A program made the position numbers and the translations under genes. The notes beneath the pieces are model-generated. The model saw only the letters and a program-made list of their open reading frames with translations, was not told the origin of the DNA and ran no database searches. Below are positions 18,204-28,174 of a stretch of 64,000 bases of DNA, piece after piece. The first letter of the stretch is position 1. The number at the start of each line of letters is the position of its first letter. The stretch comes from Escherichia phage teqdroes: the sequence record NC_054932.1; one strand, 5' to 3'.

Positions 18204-18222
18204 AAGGCCTTCGGGCCTTTAG
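18203..18222 (+). terminator. hairpin terminator
   Basis: GGCC-TTCG-GGCC hairpin followed by TTT. Confidence 0.5.
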
Positions 18223-18272
18223 CTTTATGATTACCGGAGTATAATATTCCCGAAACCAAACGAGGATAAGTG

Positions 18273-20090
18273 ATGATTAAGAATGAAATTAAAATTCTGA
18301 GCGATATTGAACATATCAAAAAGCGTAGCGGCATGTATATTGGCTCTTCTGCTAATGAAATGCATGAGCGCTTTCTGTTTGGTAAATGGGAAAGTGTTCA
18401 GTATGTACCTGGTCTTGTTAAGCTTATTGATGAAATTATCGATAACTCAGTAGATGAAGGTATTCGTACTAAGTTTAAATTCGCAAATAAAATTAATGTT
18501 ACTATCAAAAACAATCAAGTAACAGTTGAAGATAACGGTCGTGGTATTCCACAAGCGATGGTTAAAACACCTACCGGTGAAGAAATTCCTGGTCCAGTTG
18601 CTGCTTGGACTATTCCAAAAGCGGGTGGTAACTTTGGTGATGATAAAGAACGTGTCACCGGTGGTATGAATGGTGTTGGTTCTAGTTTAACTAACATTTT
18701 TTCTGTGATGTTTGTCGGTGAAACTGGCGATGGTCAAAATAATATTGTAGTTCGTTGTTCAAATGGCATGGAAAATAAATCCTGGGAAACTATTCCTGGA
18801 AAATGGAAAGGAACTCGTGTTACTTTCATTCCAGATTTTATGTCATTTGAAACTAATGAGCTGTCCCAAGTTTATCTTGACATTACACTGGATCGTCTCC
18901 AGACACTTGCAGTAGTTTATCCTGATATTCAATTTACCTTTAATGGTAAAAAGGTTCAGGGTAATTTTAAGAAATATGCACGACAGTATGATGAACATGC
19001 TATTGTTCAAGAACAAGAAAATTGTTCTATTGCGGTTGGTCGTTCACCGGATGGATTTCGCCAATTAACTTATGTGAATAACATTCACACTAAGAATGGT
19101 GGCCATCACATTGACTGTGTTATGGATGATATTTGTGAAGACCTTATTCCACAAATCAAACGTAAGTTCAAAATTGATGTAACTAAAGCACGTGTCAAAG
19201 AATGTTTGACTATCGTTATGTTTGTCCGTGATATGAAAAACATGCGATTTGATTCTCAAACTAAAGAGCGTTTGACTTCTCCATTTGGTGAAATCCGTAG
19301 TCATATTCAACTTGACGCTAAAAAGATTTCACGCGCTATTCTAAATAATGAAGCAATTCTGATGCCAATTATTGAAGCTGCACTAGCTCGTAAATTGGCA
19401 GCAGAAAAAGCAGCTGAAACTAAAGCAGCTAAAAAGGCTTCTAAAGCTAAAGTTCATAAACATATCAAAGCGAATCTTTGCGGTAAAGATGCTGATACTA
19501 CTCTTTTCTTGACTGAGGGTGATTCTGCTATCGGATATCTTATTGATGTTCGTGATAAAGAACTTCATGGTGGTTATCCATTGCGTGGTAAAGTTCTCAA
19601 CAGTTGGGGTATGTCATATGCTGATATGCTTAAAAACAAAGAACTATTTGATATTTGCGCAATCACTGGATTAGTTCTTGGTGAAAAAGCTGAAAACTTG
19701 AATTATCATAATATTGCTATTATGACTGATGCTGACCATGATGGTCTAGGAAGCATTTATCCTTCTCTTCTTGGATTTTTTAGTAATTGGCCAGAACTGT
19801 TTGAGCAAGGACGAATTCGCTTTGTCAAAACTCCTGTAATCATCGCTCAGGTCGGTAAAAAACAAGAATGGTTTTATACAGTCGCTGAATATGAGAGTGC
19901 CAAAGATGCTCTACCTAAACATAGCATCCGTTATATTAAAGGACTTGGCTCTTTGGAAAAATCTGAATATCGTGAGATGATTCAAAATCCAGTATATGAT
20001 GTTGTTAAACTTCCTGAGAACTGGAAAGAGCTTTTTGAAATGCTCATGGGAGATAATGCTGACCTTCGCAAAGAATGGATGAGCCAGTAG
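18273..20090 (+). CDS. 39: DNA topoisomerase II large subunit gp39 (GyrB-like), uninterrupted
   Basis: 605 aa with GHKL ATPase and TOPRIM motifs; longer than the T4 gp39 I recall (~516 aa), consistent with a fused 39+60 reading frame. Confidence 0.9.
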   Translation: MIKNEIKILSDIEHIKKRSGMYIGSSANEMHERFLFGKWESVQYVPGLVKLIDEIIDNSVDEGIRTKFKFANKINVTIKNNQVTVEDNGRGIPQAMVKTPTGEEIPGPVAAWTIPKAGGNFGDDKERVTGGMNGVGSSLTNIFSVMFVGETGDGQNNIVVRCSNGMENKSWETIPGKWKGTRVTFIPDFMSFETNELSQVYLDITLDRLQTLAVVYPDIQFTFNGKKVQGNFKKYARQYDEHAIVQEQENCSIAVGRSPDGFRQLTYVNNIHTKNGGHHIDCVMDDICEDLIPQIKRKFKIDVTKARVKECLTIVMFVRDMKNMRFDSQTKERLTSPFGEIRSHIQLDAKKISRAILNNEAILMPIIEAALARKLAAEKAAETKAAKKASKAKVHKHIKANLCGKDADTTLFLTEGDSAIGYLIDVRDKELHGGYPLRGKVLNSWGMSYADMLKNKELFDICAITGLVLGEKAENLNYHNIAIMTDADHDGLGSIYPSLLGFFSNWPELFEQGRIRFVKTPVIIAQVGKKQEWFYTVAEYESAKDALPKHSIRYIKGLGSLEKSEYREMIQNPVYDVVKLPENWKELFEMLMGDNADLRKEWMSQ

Positions 20091-20119
20091 TTTACTTTAC
20101 CACAAGGATGTGGTATAAT
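20090..20119 (+). promoter_or_regulatory. early promoter
   Basis: GTTTAC at 20090-20095, TATAAT at 20114-20119. Confidence 0.55.
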
Positions 20120-20144
20120 TAATTGGGCAAATGAGGATATTGGA

Positions 20145-20348
20145 ATGAAATCATATAAAGTAAATTTAGAACTTTTTGATAAAGCAGTTCATCGAGAATA
20201 TAGAATCATTCAACGCTTTTTCGATATGGGAGAAGCCGAAGAATTTAAAAACCGCTTTAAAGATATTAGAGATAAAATTCAATCCGACACCGCAACTAAA
20301 GACGAACTACTAGAAGTTGCTGAAGTTATTAAACGCAATATGAATTAA
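20145..20348 (+). CDS. hypothetical protein (rIIA.1 position)
   Basis: 67-aa ORF with GAGGA SD. Confidence 0.5.
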   Translation: MKSYKVNLELFDKAVHREYRIIQRFFDMGEAEEFKNRFKDIRDKIQSDTATKDELLEVAEVIKRNMN

Positions 20349-20358
20349 TGAGGAAATT

Positions 20359-22536
20359 ATGATTATCACCACTGAAAAAGAAACTATTCTTGGCAATGGT
20401 TCTAAATCAAAAGCATTTAGCATCACAGCATCTCCTAAAGTATTTAAAATTCTGTCATCTGATTTGTATACAAACAAAATTCGCGCAGTAGTCCGTGAAT
20501 TGATTACCAACATGATTGATGCCCATGCTCTCAATGGAAATCCTGAAAAATTTATCATTCAAGTTCCTGGACGTTTAGATCCACGATTTGTTTGCCGAGA
20601 TTTTGGTCCGGGTATGAGTGATTTTGATATTCAGGGTGATGATAATTCTCCTGGTTTGTATAATTCATACTTCAGTTCATCTAAGGCTGAATCTAACGAT
20701 TTCATTGGCGGATTTGGTTTAGGTTCTAAATCTCCGTTTAGTTATACTGATACATTTAGTATTACTTCGTATCATAAAGGCGAAATTCGTGGTTATGTAG
20801 CTTACATGGATGGCGATGGTCCACAAATTAAACCTACATTCGTGAAAGAAATGGGTCCAGATGATAAAACTGGTATTGAAATCGTAGTTCCAGTTGAAGA
20901 AAAAGACTTTAGAAACTTTGCTTATGAAGTTTCTTATATCATGCGACCGTTCAAAGATTTGGCTATCATTAATGGTCTTGACCGCGAAATTGATTATTTT
21001 CCGGATTTTGATGACTATTACGGTGTAAATCCAGAAAGATACTGGCCTGATCGTGGTGGATTATATGCTATCTATGGTGGTATTGTTTATCCTATCGATG
21101 GTGTTATTAGAGACCGTAACTGGCTAAGCATTCGTAATGAAGTGAATTACATTAAATTTCCAATGGGTTCACTTGATATTGCTCCATCACGTGAAGCTCT
21201 TTCATTAGATGATCGCACTCGTAAAAATATTATTGAACGAGTTAAAGAGCTTAGTGAGAAAGCATTTAATGAAGATGTAAAACGATTTAAAGAATCTACA
21301 TCTCCTCGTCACACATATCGTGAATTGATGAAGATGGGGTATTCTGCTCGAGATTATATGATTAGTAATTCAGTCAAATTCACGACTAAAAATCTGTCAT
21401 ATAAGAAAATGCAGAGCATGTTTGAACCTGACAGTAAGTTATGTAATGCAGGAGTTGTGTATGAAGTAAATCTTGACCCTCGACTGAAGCGCATTAAGCA
21501 AAGTCATGAAACATCAGCCGTTGCGTCAAGTTATCGTCTGTTTGGTATTAATACAACAAAAATTAATATCGTTATTGATAATATTAAAAATCGTGTTAAT
21601 ATTGTCCGTGGATTAGCACATGCGCTAGATGATAGTGAATTTAATAACACTTTAAATATTCATCACAATGAGCGTCTTCTGTTTATTAATCCGGAAGTAG
21701 AATCGCAGATTGATTTACTACCTGATATTATGGCAATGTTTGAAAGTGATGAAGTTAACATTCATTATTTGTCAGAAATTGAAGCTTTAGTTAAAAGCTA
21801 TATTCCAAAGGTAGTTAAAAGTAAAGCTCCTCGTCCTAAAGCTGCTACAGCATTTAAATTTGAAATTAAAGATGGACGATGGGAAAAAGAGGAACTATTT
21901 ACACTTACGTCAGAAGCAGATGAAATTACTGGTTATGTAGCGTATATGCATCGTTCTGATATTTTCTCTATGGATGGTACTACATCTCTTTGTCATCCAT
22001 CTATGAATATTTTGATTCGTATGGCTAATCTTATTGGCATTAATGAATTTTATGTTATTCGTCCGCTTTTACAGAAAAAGGTAAAAGAACTCGGTCAGTG
22101 CCAATGTATTTTTGAAGCTTTGCGTGATTTATATGTAGATGCTTTTGATGATGTAGATTATGATAAGTACGTAGGTTATTCAAGTTCAGCTCAACGATAT
22201 ATTGATAAAATTATCAAGTATCCTGAACTAGATTTTATGATGAAGTACTTCAGTACAGATGAAGTTTCTGAAGAATATACACGACTCGCTAATATAGTTA
22301 GTTCATTGCGCGGCGTATATTTTAATGGTGGAAAAGATACCATCGGTCATGACATCTGGACAGTAACTAATCTTTTTGATGTATTATCAAATAATGCTTC
22401 AAAAAACAGTGATAAAATGGTTGCTGAGTTTACCAAGAAATTCCGTATTGTTTCCGACTTCATCGGATATCGCAACTCTTTAAGTGATGATGAAGTTTCC
22501 CAAATCGCCAAAACTATGAAGGCCCTTGCGGCCTAA
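20359..22536 (+). CDS. rIIA: rIIA membrane-associated protein
   Basis: 725 aa, [20 protein letters not shown]…; matches T4 rIIA. Confidence 0.95.
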   Translation: MIITTEKETILGNGSKSKAFSITASPKVFKILSSDLYTNKIRAVVRELITNMIDAHALNGNPEKFIIQVPGRLDPRFVCRDFGPGMSDFDIQGDDNSPGLYNSYFSSSKAESNDFIGGFGLGSKSPFSYTDTFSITSYHKGEIRGYVAYMDGDGPQIKPTFVKEMGPDDKTGIEIVVPVEEKDFRNFAYEVSYIMRPFKDLAIINGLDREIDYFPDFDDYYGVNPERYWPDRGGLYAIYGGIVYPIDGVIRDRNWLSIRNEVNYIKFPMGSLDIAPSREALSLDDRTRKNIIERVKELSEKAFNEDVKRFKESTSPRHTYRELMKMGYSARDYMISNSVKFTTKNLSYKKMQSMFEPDSKLCNAGVVYEVNLDPRLKRIKQSHETSAVASSYRLFGINTTKINIVIDNIKNRVNIVRGLAHALDDSEFNNTLNIHHNERLLFINPEVESQIDLLPDIMAMFESDEVNIHYLSEIEALVKSYIPKVVKSKAPRPKAATAFKFEIKDGRWEKEELFTLTSEADEITGYVAYMHRSDIFSMDGTTSLCHPSMNILIRMANLIGINEFYVIRPLLQKKVKELGQCQCIFEALRDLYVDAFDDVDYDKYVGYSSSAQRYIDKIIKYPELDFMMKYFSTDEVSEEYTRLANIVSSLRGVYFNGGKDTIGHDIWTVTNLFDVLSNNASKNSDKMVAEFTKKFRIVSDFIGYRNSLSDDEVSQIAKTMKALAA

Positions 22537-22547
22537 TAAGGAAAATT

Positions 22548-23486
22548 ATGTACAATATTAAATGCCTGACCAAAAACGAACAAGCTGAAATTGTTAAACT
22601 GTATTCAAGTGGTAATTACACTCAGCAGGAATTAGCTTATTGGAAGGATGTATCGGTTGACACAATCCGTCGTGTTTTGAAAAATGCTGAAGAAGCTAAA
22701 CGCCCTAAAGTTACTATTAGTGGTGATATTACAGTTAAAGTTAATAGCGATGCAGTTATTGCTCCAGTTGCTAAATCTGACATTATTTGGAATGCATCTA
22801 AAAAATTCATTTCAATTACTGTTGACGGTGTAACTTATAACGCAACTCCTAATACTCATTCAAACTTCCAGGAAATTCTTAATCTGCTTGTAGCGGATAA
22901 GCTGGAAGAAGCGGCACAAAAAATTAATGTTCGTCGTGCTGTTGAAAAATATATTTCCGGCGATGTTCGAATTGAAGGTGGAAGCTTGTTCTATCAAAAT
23001 ATTGAATTGCGGTCTGGTTTGGTTGATCGTATTCTTGACTCGATGGAAAAAGGCGAAAACTTTGAATTTTATTTTCCGTTCTTGGAAAATCTGCTGGAAA
23101 ACCCAAGCCAAAAAGCGGTATCTCGACTCTTTGATTTCTTGGTAGCAAACGATATTGAAATTACAGAAGATGGTTACTTCTATGCTTGGAAAGTAGTTCG
23201 CAGTAATTACTTTGACTGTCACTCAAATACCTTTGATAACAGTCCTGGTAAAGTAGTTAAAATGCCACGTACTCGTGTGAACGACGATGATACACAAACT
23301 TGTTCTCGTGGTCTGCATGTGTGTTCTAAATCTTATATTCGTCACTTTGGCAGTTCAACCAGTCGAGTCGTAAAAGTTAAAGTACATCCTCGCGATGTAG
23401 TATCAATTCCGATTGATTACAACGACGCTAAAATGCGTACCTGCCAATACGAAGTAGTTGAAGACGTTACTGAACAATTTAAATAA
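22548..23486 (+). CDS. rIIB: rIIB protein
   Basis: 312 aa immediately after rIIA; matches T4 rIIB size and position. Confidence 0.9.
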   Translation: MYNIKCLTKNEQAEIVKLYSSGNYTQQELAYWKDVSVDTIRRVLKNAEEAKRPKVTISGDITVKVNSDAVIAPVAKSDIIWNASKKFISITVDGVTYNATPNTHSNFQEILNLLVADKLEEAAQKINVRRAVEKYISGDVRIEGGSLFYQNIELRSGLVDRILDSMEKGENFEFYFPFLENLLENPSQKAVSRLFDFLVANDIEITEDGYFYAWKVVRSNYFDCHSNTFDNSPGKVVKMPRTRVNDDDTQTCSRGLHVCSKSYIRHFGSSTSRVVKVKVHPRDVVSIPIDYNDAKMRTCQYEVVEDVTEQFK

Positions 23487-23498
23487 GGGCTTCGGCCC
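23487..23498 (+). terminator. GC hairpin (possible weak terminator or RNA processing site)
   Basis: GGGC-TTCG-GCCC immediately after the rIIB stop. Confidence 0.4.
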
Positions 23499-23514
23499 TT
23501 AACTAAGGAAAATT

Positions 23515-23709
23515 ATGTTAGGTTATCAAGCACGAGTAAAAGAAGAATACGATCAATTAATGCTCAAAATTAATGCACTGAGTAAATTTTTAGAAAGCGC
23601 AAAGTTTCTAACAGTTAGTGCAGTTGAGCAAGAACTGCTACTTTCACAGTTCATCTCAATGAAATCTTATGCTGAATGTCTAGAGAAAAGAATTGCACAA
23701 TTCAAGTAA
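23515..23709 (+). CDS. hypothetical protein (64 aa)
   Basis: ORF with AAGGAAA SD. Confidence 0.45.
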   Translation: MLGYQARVKEEYDQLMLKINALSKFLESAKFLTVSAVEQELLLSQFISMKSYAECLEKRIAQFK

Positions 23710-23713
23710 AACA

Positions 23714-23737
23714 AAAGGGCTTCGGCCCTTTTGTTTT
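23714..23737 (+). terminator. rho-independent terminator
   Basis: AAAAGGGC-TTCG-GCCCTTTTGTTTT. Confidence 0.7.
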
Positions 23738-23748
23738 AAGGAAAAATT

Positions 23749-24078
23749 ATGATTTATTGTATGAATATCGGTGATTCCGACATAAAAGAGATTAAACTGC
23801 ACGGAAATCATCACGCTAATATTGTGTACTGTAATAAATTTGAGTTTGGTCACGAAAAACTTGGGTTTCTTTACTGTAATGATGTTATAGTCATGGATAA
23901 AAAGGAGCTCGATGAACTTGACCGCGAGTCTTTAGATGAAAATGACCGAATTTATTATGGCACTCTTAAAGTATATAACGCCTATCTCAGTGGTAAAAAG
24001 GAAAGTCTAAATGCAGAAAACGAATCCGGGTTTACAGAGACTATTTCAGATTCCGACATTTACCCTATCGAACAGTGA
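23749..24078 (+). CDS. hypothetical protein (109 aa)
   Basis: ORF; its 3' end overlaps the denB call by 68 nt. Confidence 0.45.
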   Translation: MIYCMNIGDSDIKEIKLHGNHHANIVYCNKFEFGHEKLGFLYCNDVIVMDKKELDELDRESLDENDRIYYGTLKVYNAYLSGKKESLNAENESGFTETISDSDIYPIEQ

Positions 24079-24568
24079 CTTGACTAGTGAAATGAAGGTC
24101 AAAATTGCTGATACAGCAAGATACTCTTTAAAACAAAACCCGAACCAGGATAAAGCAGAAGTTATTGAAAGATGTCGTATCGCTGTGTACGCAGAATTTT
24201 TTGTAGCAGATTGGTTAAGCGGGTATGTTAATAAAGGCCAAGAGGATGTTAATGACCCGTATACATACGCATGGGATGTATTGGCGCATCCAAGATACTG
24301 CGGGCTTCGTGTAGAAGTTAAGACACACCAAACTGACTCACGTTGGATTTCTGTAACAACAGGATGCAGCGGAGAGTATCCATACGGTTCTGGAATAAAT
24401 CTAGGGCCCATTCTAAATCATCAAGTCGCTGACTGTATAATTATATTCAACACTAAAGAAATTCATCCAGGTGTCATCCAGTACACTCCGAAGTTCATCG
24501 GTGACAGAGAAGACCTTCGTAAGGTTGTAAGAAAAAGCAACTACAACGGATGGTATCTTTCCATTTAA
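24011..24568 (+). CDS. denB: DenB-like endonuclease IV
   Basis: 185-aa ORF from ATG 24011, size and position as T4 denB; an alternative start at ATG 24095 would remove the overlap. Confidence 0.55.
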   Translation: MQKTNPGLQRLFQIPTFTLSNSDLTSEMKVKIADTARYSLKQNPNQDKAEVIERCRIAVYAEFFVADWLSGYVNKGQEDVNDPYTYAWDVLAHPRYCGLRVEVKTHQTDSRWISVTTGCSGEYPYGSGINLGPILNHQVADCIIIFNTKEIHPGVIQYTPKFIGDREDLRKVVRKSNYNGWYLSI

Positions 24569-24586
24569 AAAAAATTTCACAAAATG

Positions 24587-24616
24587 GTTTACATACCACA
24601 AGGACCGTGGTACTAT
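24587..24616 (+). promoter_or_regulatory. early promoter (repeated module)
   Basis: GTTTAC at 24587-24592, TACTAT -10, followed by the conserved leader CAACTATCAGCTACGGAGGAG. Confidence 0.5.
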
Positions 24617-24643
24617 ACAACTATCAGCTACGGAGGAGTAAAA

Positions 24644-24907
24644 ATGAAATTTAAATTTTATTACGCTAAACATAAAATTACCGGTGAATTTATTGCATTT
24701 ACGACTTCAACTACAGGTGAAGGAGATATTTTTACTGCAGTATTTTTATCAAAATGGGAATCAGATCAACCTTACTTATCATCACGTGAAGATCTCCAAC
24801 GATTAGTTAATGGAGAATATAATGATTCATGGTCATATTTAGTCCATGATTGTGTTAAAAAGGCAATAAAACAAAAACACCTGGAAATCATTGAGATTGA
24901 ACTATGA
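24644..24907 (+). CDS. hypothetical protein (87 aa)
   Basis: ATG with GGAGGAG SD; the ORF-track start at 24584 runs through the promoter. Confidence 0.5.
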   Translation: MKFKFYYAKHKITGEFIAFTTSTTGEGDIFTAVFLSKWESDQPYLSSREDLQRLVNGEYNDSWSYLVHDCVKKAIKQKHLEIIEIEL

Positions 24908-24990
24908 GTTCATTATGGTGGTGTTTTGTTTGGTTAATTAGTATTCCATTAATTTGTTTAACATTTACTTTTGTGATGAGGTTATTATGA
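24904..24990 (+). CDS. hydrophobic micro-ORF (28 aa)
   Basis: MSSLWWCFVWLISIPLICLTFTFVMRLL; ATGA overlap with the upstream stop. Confidence 0.35.
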   Translation: MSSLWWCFVWLISIPLICLTFTFVMRLL

Positions 24991-25085
24991 AAATTTTGAA
25001 TTCTGTACTTATTGCTTGTGCGTGGTGGGTTGCACAGGTTTCAGCGGTAGTAGTTGGTATTCACATTTATTACGAATATTTTTAA
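24987..25085 (+). CDS. hydrophobic micro-ORF (32 aa)
   Basis: MKILNSVLIACAWWVAQVSAVVVGIHIYYEYF. Confidence 0.35.
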   Translation: MKILNSVLIACAWWVAQVSAVVVGIHIYYEYF

Positions 25086-25092
25086 AAAAGTT

Positions 25093-25123
25093 GTTTACAA
25101 GACTGTTCTTCCGTGGTACTATT
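25093..25123 (+). promoter_or_regulatory. early promoter
   Basis: GTTTAC at 25093-25098, TACTAT -10, leader …CAACTACGGAGGAAC. Confidence 0.5.
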
Positions 25124-25150
25124 ACCCTATCAACTACGGAGGAACAGAAA

Positions 25151-25264
25151 ATGAAAAAGATTGTTAAAGCTATATGGAATGTAGTTATAATACTAATAGT
25201 TTTGAGTATATTCCCAATCGTTTTAATGATTGATGTATTAAACGTTTACTTTGGATTTATGTGA
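25151..25264 (+). CDS. hydrophobic micro-ORF (37 aa)
   Basis: MKKIVKAIWNVVIILIVLSIFPIVLMIDVLNVYFGFM with GGAGGAAC SD. Confidence 0.4.
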   Translation: MKKIVKAIWNVVIILIVLSIFPIVLMIDVLNVYFGFM

Positions 25265-25271
25265 GGAAAAT

Positions 25272-25469
25272 ATGAAGCGTAAACGCAGTGCTTTTACATT
25301 TATTGAATGGTTTTTCGATAATATTTTTCCGGCTTTATTCATTTTCATGCTGATTTTTGCCTTGGGTTCAGTTGTAGTTGGAATCTATTTGATGACAGTA
25401 GTCGGAATTGATATTCATCAAAATGGTTTAAAATCTGTGGTTGAAACAATTTGGAATGGTGTAAAATAA
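25272..25469 (+). CDS. small membrane protein (65 aa)
   Basis: Hydrophobic core FPALFIFMLIFALGSVVVGIYLMTVVGI. Confidence 0.45.
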   Translation: MKRKRSAFTFIEWFFDNIFPALFIFMLIFALGSVVVGIYLMTVVGIDIHQNGLKSVVETIWNGVK

Positions 25470-25576
25470 TGAATTTACTAAACATTTGGTTTTATATTCT
25501 TATGTTTTACATTGGTGCAAATTTTCCATATTGGATGGGATGGTCAACAACTGCATTCGGATTTTATACTCCTTGA
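25469..25576 (+). CDS. hydrophobic micro-ORF (35 aa)
   Basis: MNLLNIWFYILMFYIGANFPYWMGW…; TAATG overlap. Confidence 0.35.
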   Translation: MNLLNIWFYILMFYIGANFPYWMGWSTTAFGFYTP

Positions 25577-25584
25577 GGTGAATT

Positions 25585-25800
25585 ATGAAAATTTTTAAAG
25601 ATGTAAAAGTTGGTGAAATTTTTTGTTTAGATAATGGTGATCAGTTAATTCGCATTTCACCTCTTAAGAGCACTAGCGAAAAAATGACAGTTAATGCTAC
25701 TTTAGCAAACAATAGTAATGAACGTTTCTGTATTGAAAATGATACTGAAACTTATACCGTAGAAGAGTTTTGGGAATTGAGCGTCGACTGCGACGATTAA
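25585..25800 (+). CDS. hypothetical protein (71 aa)
   Basis: ORF with GAGG SD. Confidence 0.45.
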   Translation: MKIFKDVKVGEIFCLDNGDQLIRISPLKSTSEKMTVNATLANNSNERFCIENDTETYTVEEFWELSVDCDD

Positions 25801-25806
25801 TTTAAT

Positions 25807-25828
25807 GGCCGCGTGTATTCATGCGGCC
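25807..25828 (+). terminator. GC hairpin (candidate terminator)
   Basis: GGCCGCGTGTATTCATGCGGCC. Confidence 0.4.
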
Positions 25829-25860
25829 TTGGAGTAGAAAATAATTTAGAGGAAATTAAT

Positions 25861-26319
25861 ATGAAATACATGACTGTTACTGATCTGAACAATGCAGGCG
25901 CAACTGTTATTGGTACAATCAAGGGCGGTGAATGGTTTTTGGGAACTCCGCACAAAGACATTTTGTCTAAACCTGGATTTTACTTTTTAGTAAGTAAATT
26001 AGATGGTCGTCCATTTAGTAATCCATGTGTGTCTGCACGATTTTATGTAGGTAATCAGCGTTCTAAGCAAGGATTCAGTGCAGTTCTAAGTCATATTCGT
26101 CAACGCCGGTCTCAGCTTGCACGTACTATTGCAAATAACAATGTTCCATACACAGTATTTTATCTGCCTGCTTCTAAGATGAAACCTCTGACGACGGGAT
26201 TTGGAAAAGGTCAGTTAGCTTTAGCGTTTACTCGTAATCATCATTCTGAGTATCAAACACTTGAAGAAATGAACCGTATGTTGGCTGATAATTTTAAATT
26301 CGTTTTGCAGGCATATTAA
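25861..26319 (+). CDS. ndd: Ndd nucleoid disruption protein
   Basis: 152 aa from [25 protein letters not shown]…; matches T4 Ndd. Confidence 0.85.
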
Positions 26320-26399
26320 TGAGTAATTTCCACAACGAACACGTGATGCAGTTCTATCGTAATAATCTTAAAACTAAAGGCGTCTTCGGACGCCAGTGA
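26319..26399 (+). CDS. stp: Stp peptide (26 aa; activator of host PrrC anticodon nuclease in T4)
   Basis: [26 protein letters not shown], as recalled for T4 Stp; TAATG overlap with ndd. Confidence 0.85.
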
Positions 26400-26406
26400 G
26401 GAAAAT

Positions 26407-26562
26407 ATGAATATCGCAAAATTATTAGGAGTTATTTCATTTATTTGTTGGATAGTAGCATGTGTTTTAACTATCTGTATCGATGCCAGCAGTGTGTTTT
26501 CGCAAGCTTTAGCTCAGGGTATGTGTGCATATTTAACATTTGTGTTGTTATCTAATGATTAA
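26407..26562 (+). CDS. ac: Ac (acridine sensitivity) small membrane protein
   Basis: 51-aa hydrophobic ORF directly after stp, as in T4. Confidence 0.7.
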   Translation: MNIAKLLGVISFICWIVACVLTICIDASSVFSQALAQGMCAYLTFVLLSND

Positions 26563-26695
26563 GAAAATCTTGGGCTATTCATTAGCCCTTGCTATTTTAT
26601 TGATAGCGTTATATTACGGAATAATGTTCGGATTAATTCAAGTCGTGCTTTTCATTTCTGATGTTATTATGGCACTACATTCACTAGTATGGTAA
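26555..26695 (+). CDS. small membrane protein (46 aa)
   Basis: MIKKILGYSLALAILLIALYYGIMFGLIQVVLFI…; overlaps the ac stop. Confidence 0.4.
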   Translation: MIKKILGYSLALAILLIALYYGIMFGLIQVVLFISDVIMALHSLVW

Positions 26696-26699
26696 ATTT

Positions 26700-28028
26700 A
26701 TGCAACTGAATAATCGCGATTTAAAAAGTATCATTGATAATGAAGCATTGGCTTATGCTATGTACACGGTTGAAAATCGTGCTATCCCAAATATGATTGA
26801 TGGATTTAAGCCAGTTCAACGATTTGTTATTGCTCGAGCTCTTGATTTGGCACGAGGAAATAAAGATAAGTTTCATAAGCTCGCTTCTATCGCAGGTGGT
26901 GTAGCGGACCTTGGATATCACCATGGCGAAAACTCTGCGCAAGATGCGGGAGCTTTGATGGCTAACACTTGGAATAATAACTTTCCTCTGTTAGATGGTC
27001 AAGGAAACTTTGGTTCTCGTACCGTTCAAAAGGCAGCGGCGAGTCGTTATATTTTTGCTCGTATAAGTAAAAATTTCTATAACGTGTATAAAGATACTGA
27101 ATATGCTCCGGTACATCAAGATAAAGAACACATTCCGCCTGCTTTCTATTTGCCTATTATTCCTACTGTTCTTCTTAATGGCGTTTCCGGTATTGCAACT
27201 GGTTATGCAACTTACATTCTTCCTCATAGTGTTTCTTCTGTCAAGAAAGCTGTACTGCAAGCTATTCAAGGAAAGAAAGTAACTAAACCGAAGGTAGAAT
27301 TCCCAGAATTTCGTGGTGAAGTCGTTGAGATTGACGGTCAATATGAAATTCGTGGAACGTACAAGTTTACTTCACGAACTCAAATGAATATCACTGAGAT
27401 TCCGTATAAGTATGATCGTGAAACTTATGTGAGTAAAATCTTAGACCCACTTGAAGATAAAGGCTTCATTACATGGGATGATGCTTGTGGTGAGCATGGC
27501 TTTGGCTTCAAAGTTAAATTCCGTAAAGAATATTCTTTGAGCGATAACGAAGAAGAACGCCATGCAAAAATTATGAAAGACTTTGGGTTGATTGAGCGTC
27601 GTTCTCAGAATATTACGGTTATTAATGAGAAAGGAAAACTGCAAGTTTACGATAACGTAGTTGATTTAATCAAAGACTTCGTCGAAGTTCGTAAAACTTA
27701 TGTCCAAAAACGAATTGATAACAAAATTAAAGAAACTGAGTCAGCTTTTCGTTTAGCCTTTGCCAAGGCGCATTTCATTAAGAAAGTAATTTCAGGTGAA
27801 ATTGTTGTACAGGGTAAAACTCGTAAAGAACTGACCGAAGAACTTTCTAAAATTGAGATGTATTCTTCTTATGTTGATAAACTAGTTGGTATGAATATTT
27901 TTCATATGACTTCTGATGAAGCAAAGAAACTTGCTGAAGAAGCTAAAGCTAAAAAAGAAGAAAACGAATATTGGAAAACTACTGATGTAGTTACAGAATA
28001 CACCAAAGATTTAGAGGAAATCAAATGA
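26700..28028 (+). CDS. 52: DNA topoisomerase II medium subunit gp52 (GyrA-like)
   Basis: 442 aa; matches T4 gp52. Confidence 0.95.
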   Translation: MQLNNRDLKSIIDNEALAYAMYTVENRAIPNMIDGFKPVQRFVIARALDLARGNKDKFHKLASIAGGVADLGYHHGENSAQDAGALMANTWNNNFPLLDGQGNFGSRTVQKAAASRYIFARISKNFYNVYKDTEYAPVHQDKEHIPPAFYLPIIPTVLLNGVSGIATGYATYILPHSVSSVKKAVLQAIQGKKVTKPKVEFPEFRGEVVEIDGQYEIRGTYKFTSRTQMNITEIPYKYDRETYVSKILDPLEDKGFITWDDACGEHGFGFKVKFRKEYSLSDNEEERHAKIMKDFGLIERRSQNITVINEKGKLQVYDNVVDLIKDFVEVRKTYVQKRIDNKIKETESAFRLAFAKAHFIKKVISGEIVVQGKTRKELTEELSKIEMYSSYVDKLVGMNIFHMTSDEAKKLAEEAKAKKEENEYWKTTDVVTEYTKDLEEIK

Positions 28029-28174
28029 GTCCATTCATAGGTATTACAAGCGCTGCATTAGTATCCGGTAGCATTTTACTGGCGGGTTTAGGTGTTGTTC
28101 CAGCCGTAGCAGGAGGTCTTCTTGCGTTCGGCATTCAACGTGTTATCATGACAGTTATCACAGTCATGCAGTAA
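28025..28174 (+). CDS. small membrane protein (49 aa)
   Basis: MSPFIGITSAALVSGSILLAGLGVVPAVAGGLLAFGIQRVIMTVITVMQ; ATGA overlap with the gene 52 stop. Confidence 0.4.
   Translation: MSPFIGITSAALVSGSILLAGLGVVPAVAGGLLAFGIQRVIMTVITVMQ

Noticed and set aside
25807-25828. GC hairpin GGCCGCGTGTATTCATGCGGCC considered as a tRNA or ncRNA fragment
   Set aside because: Too short for a tRNA and lacks cloverleaf features; most simply a transcript-stabilising or terminator hairpin. No tRNA genes were recognisable in the window.
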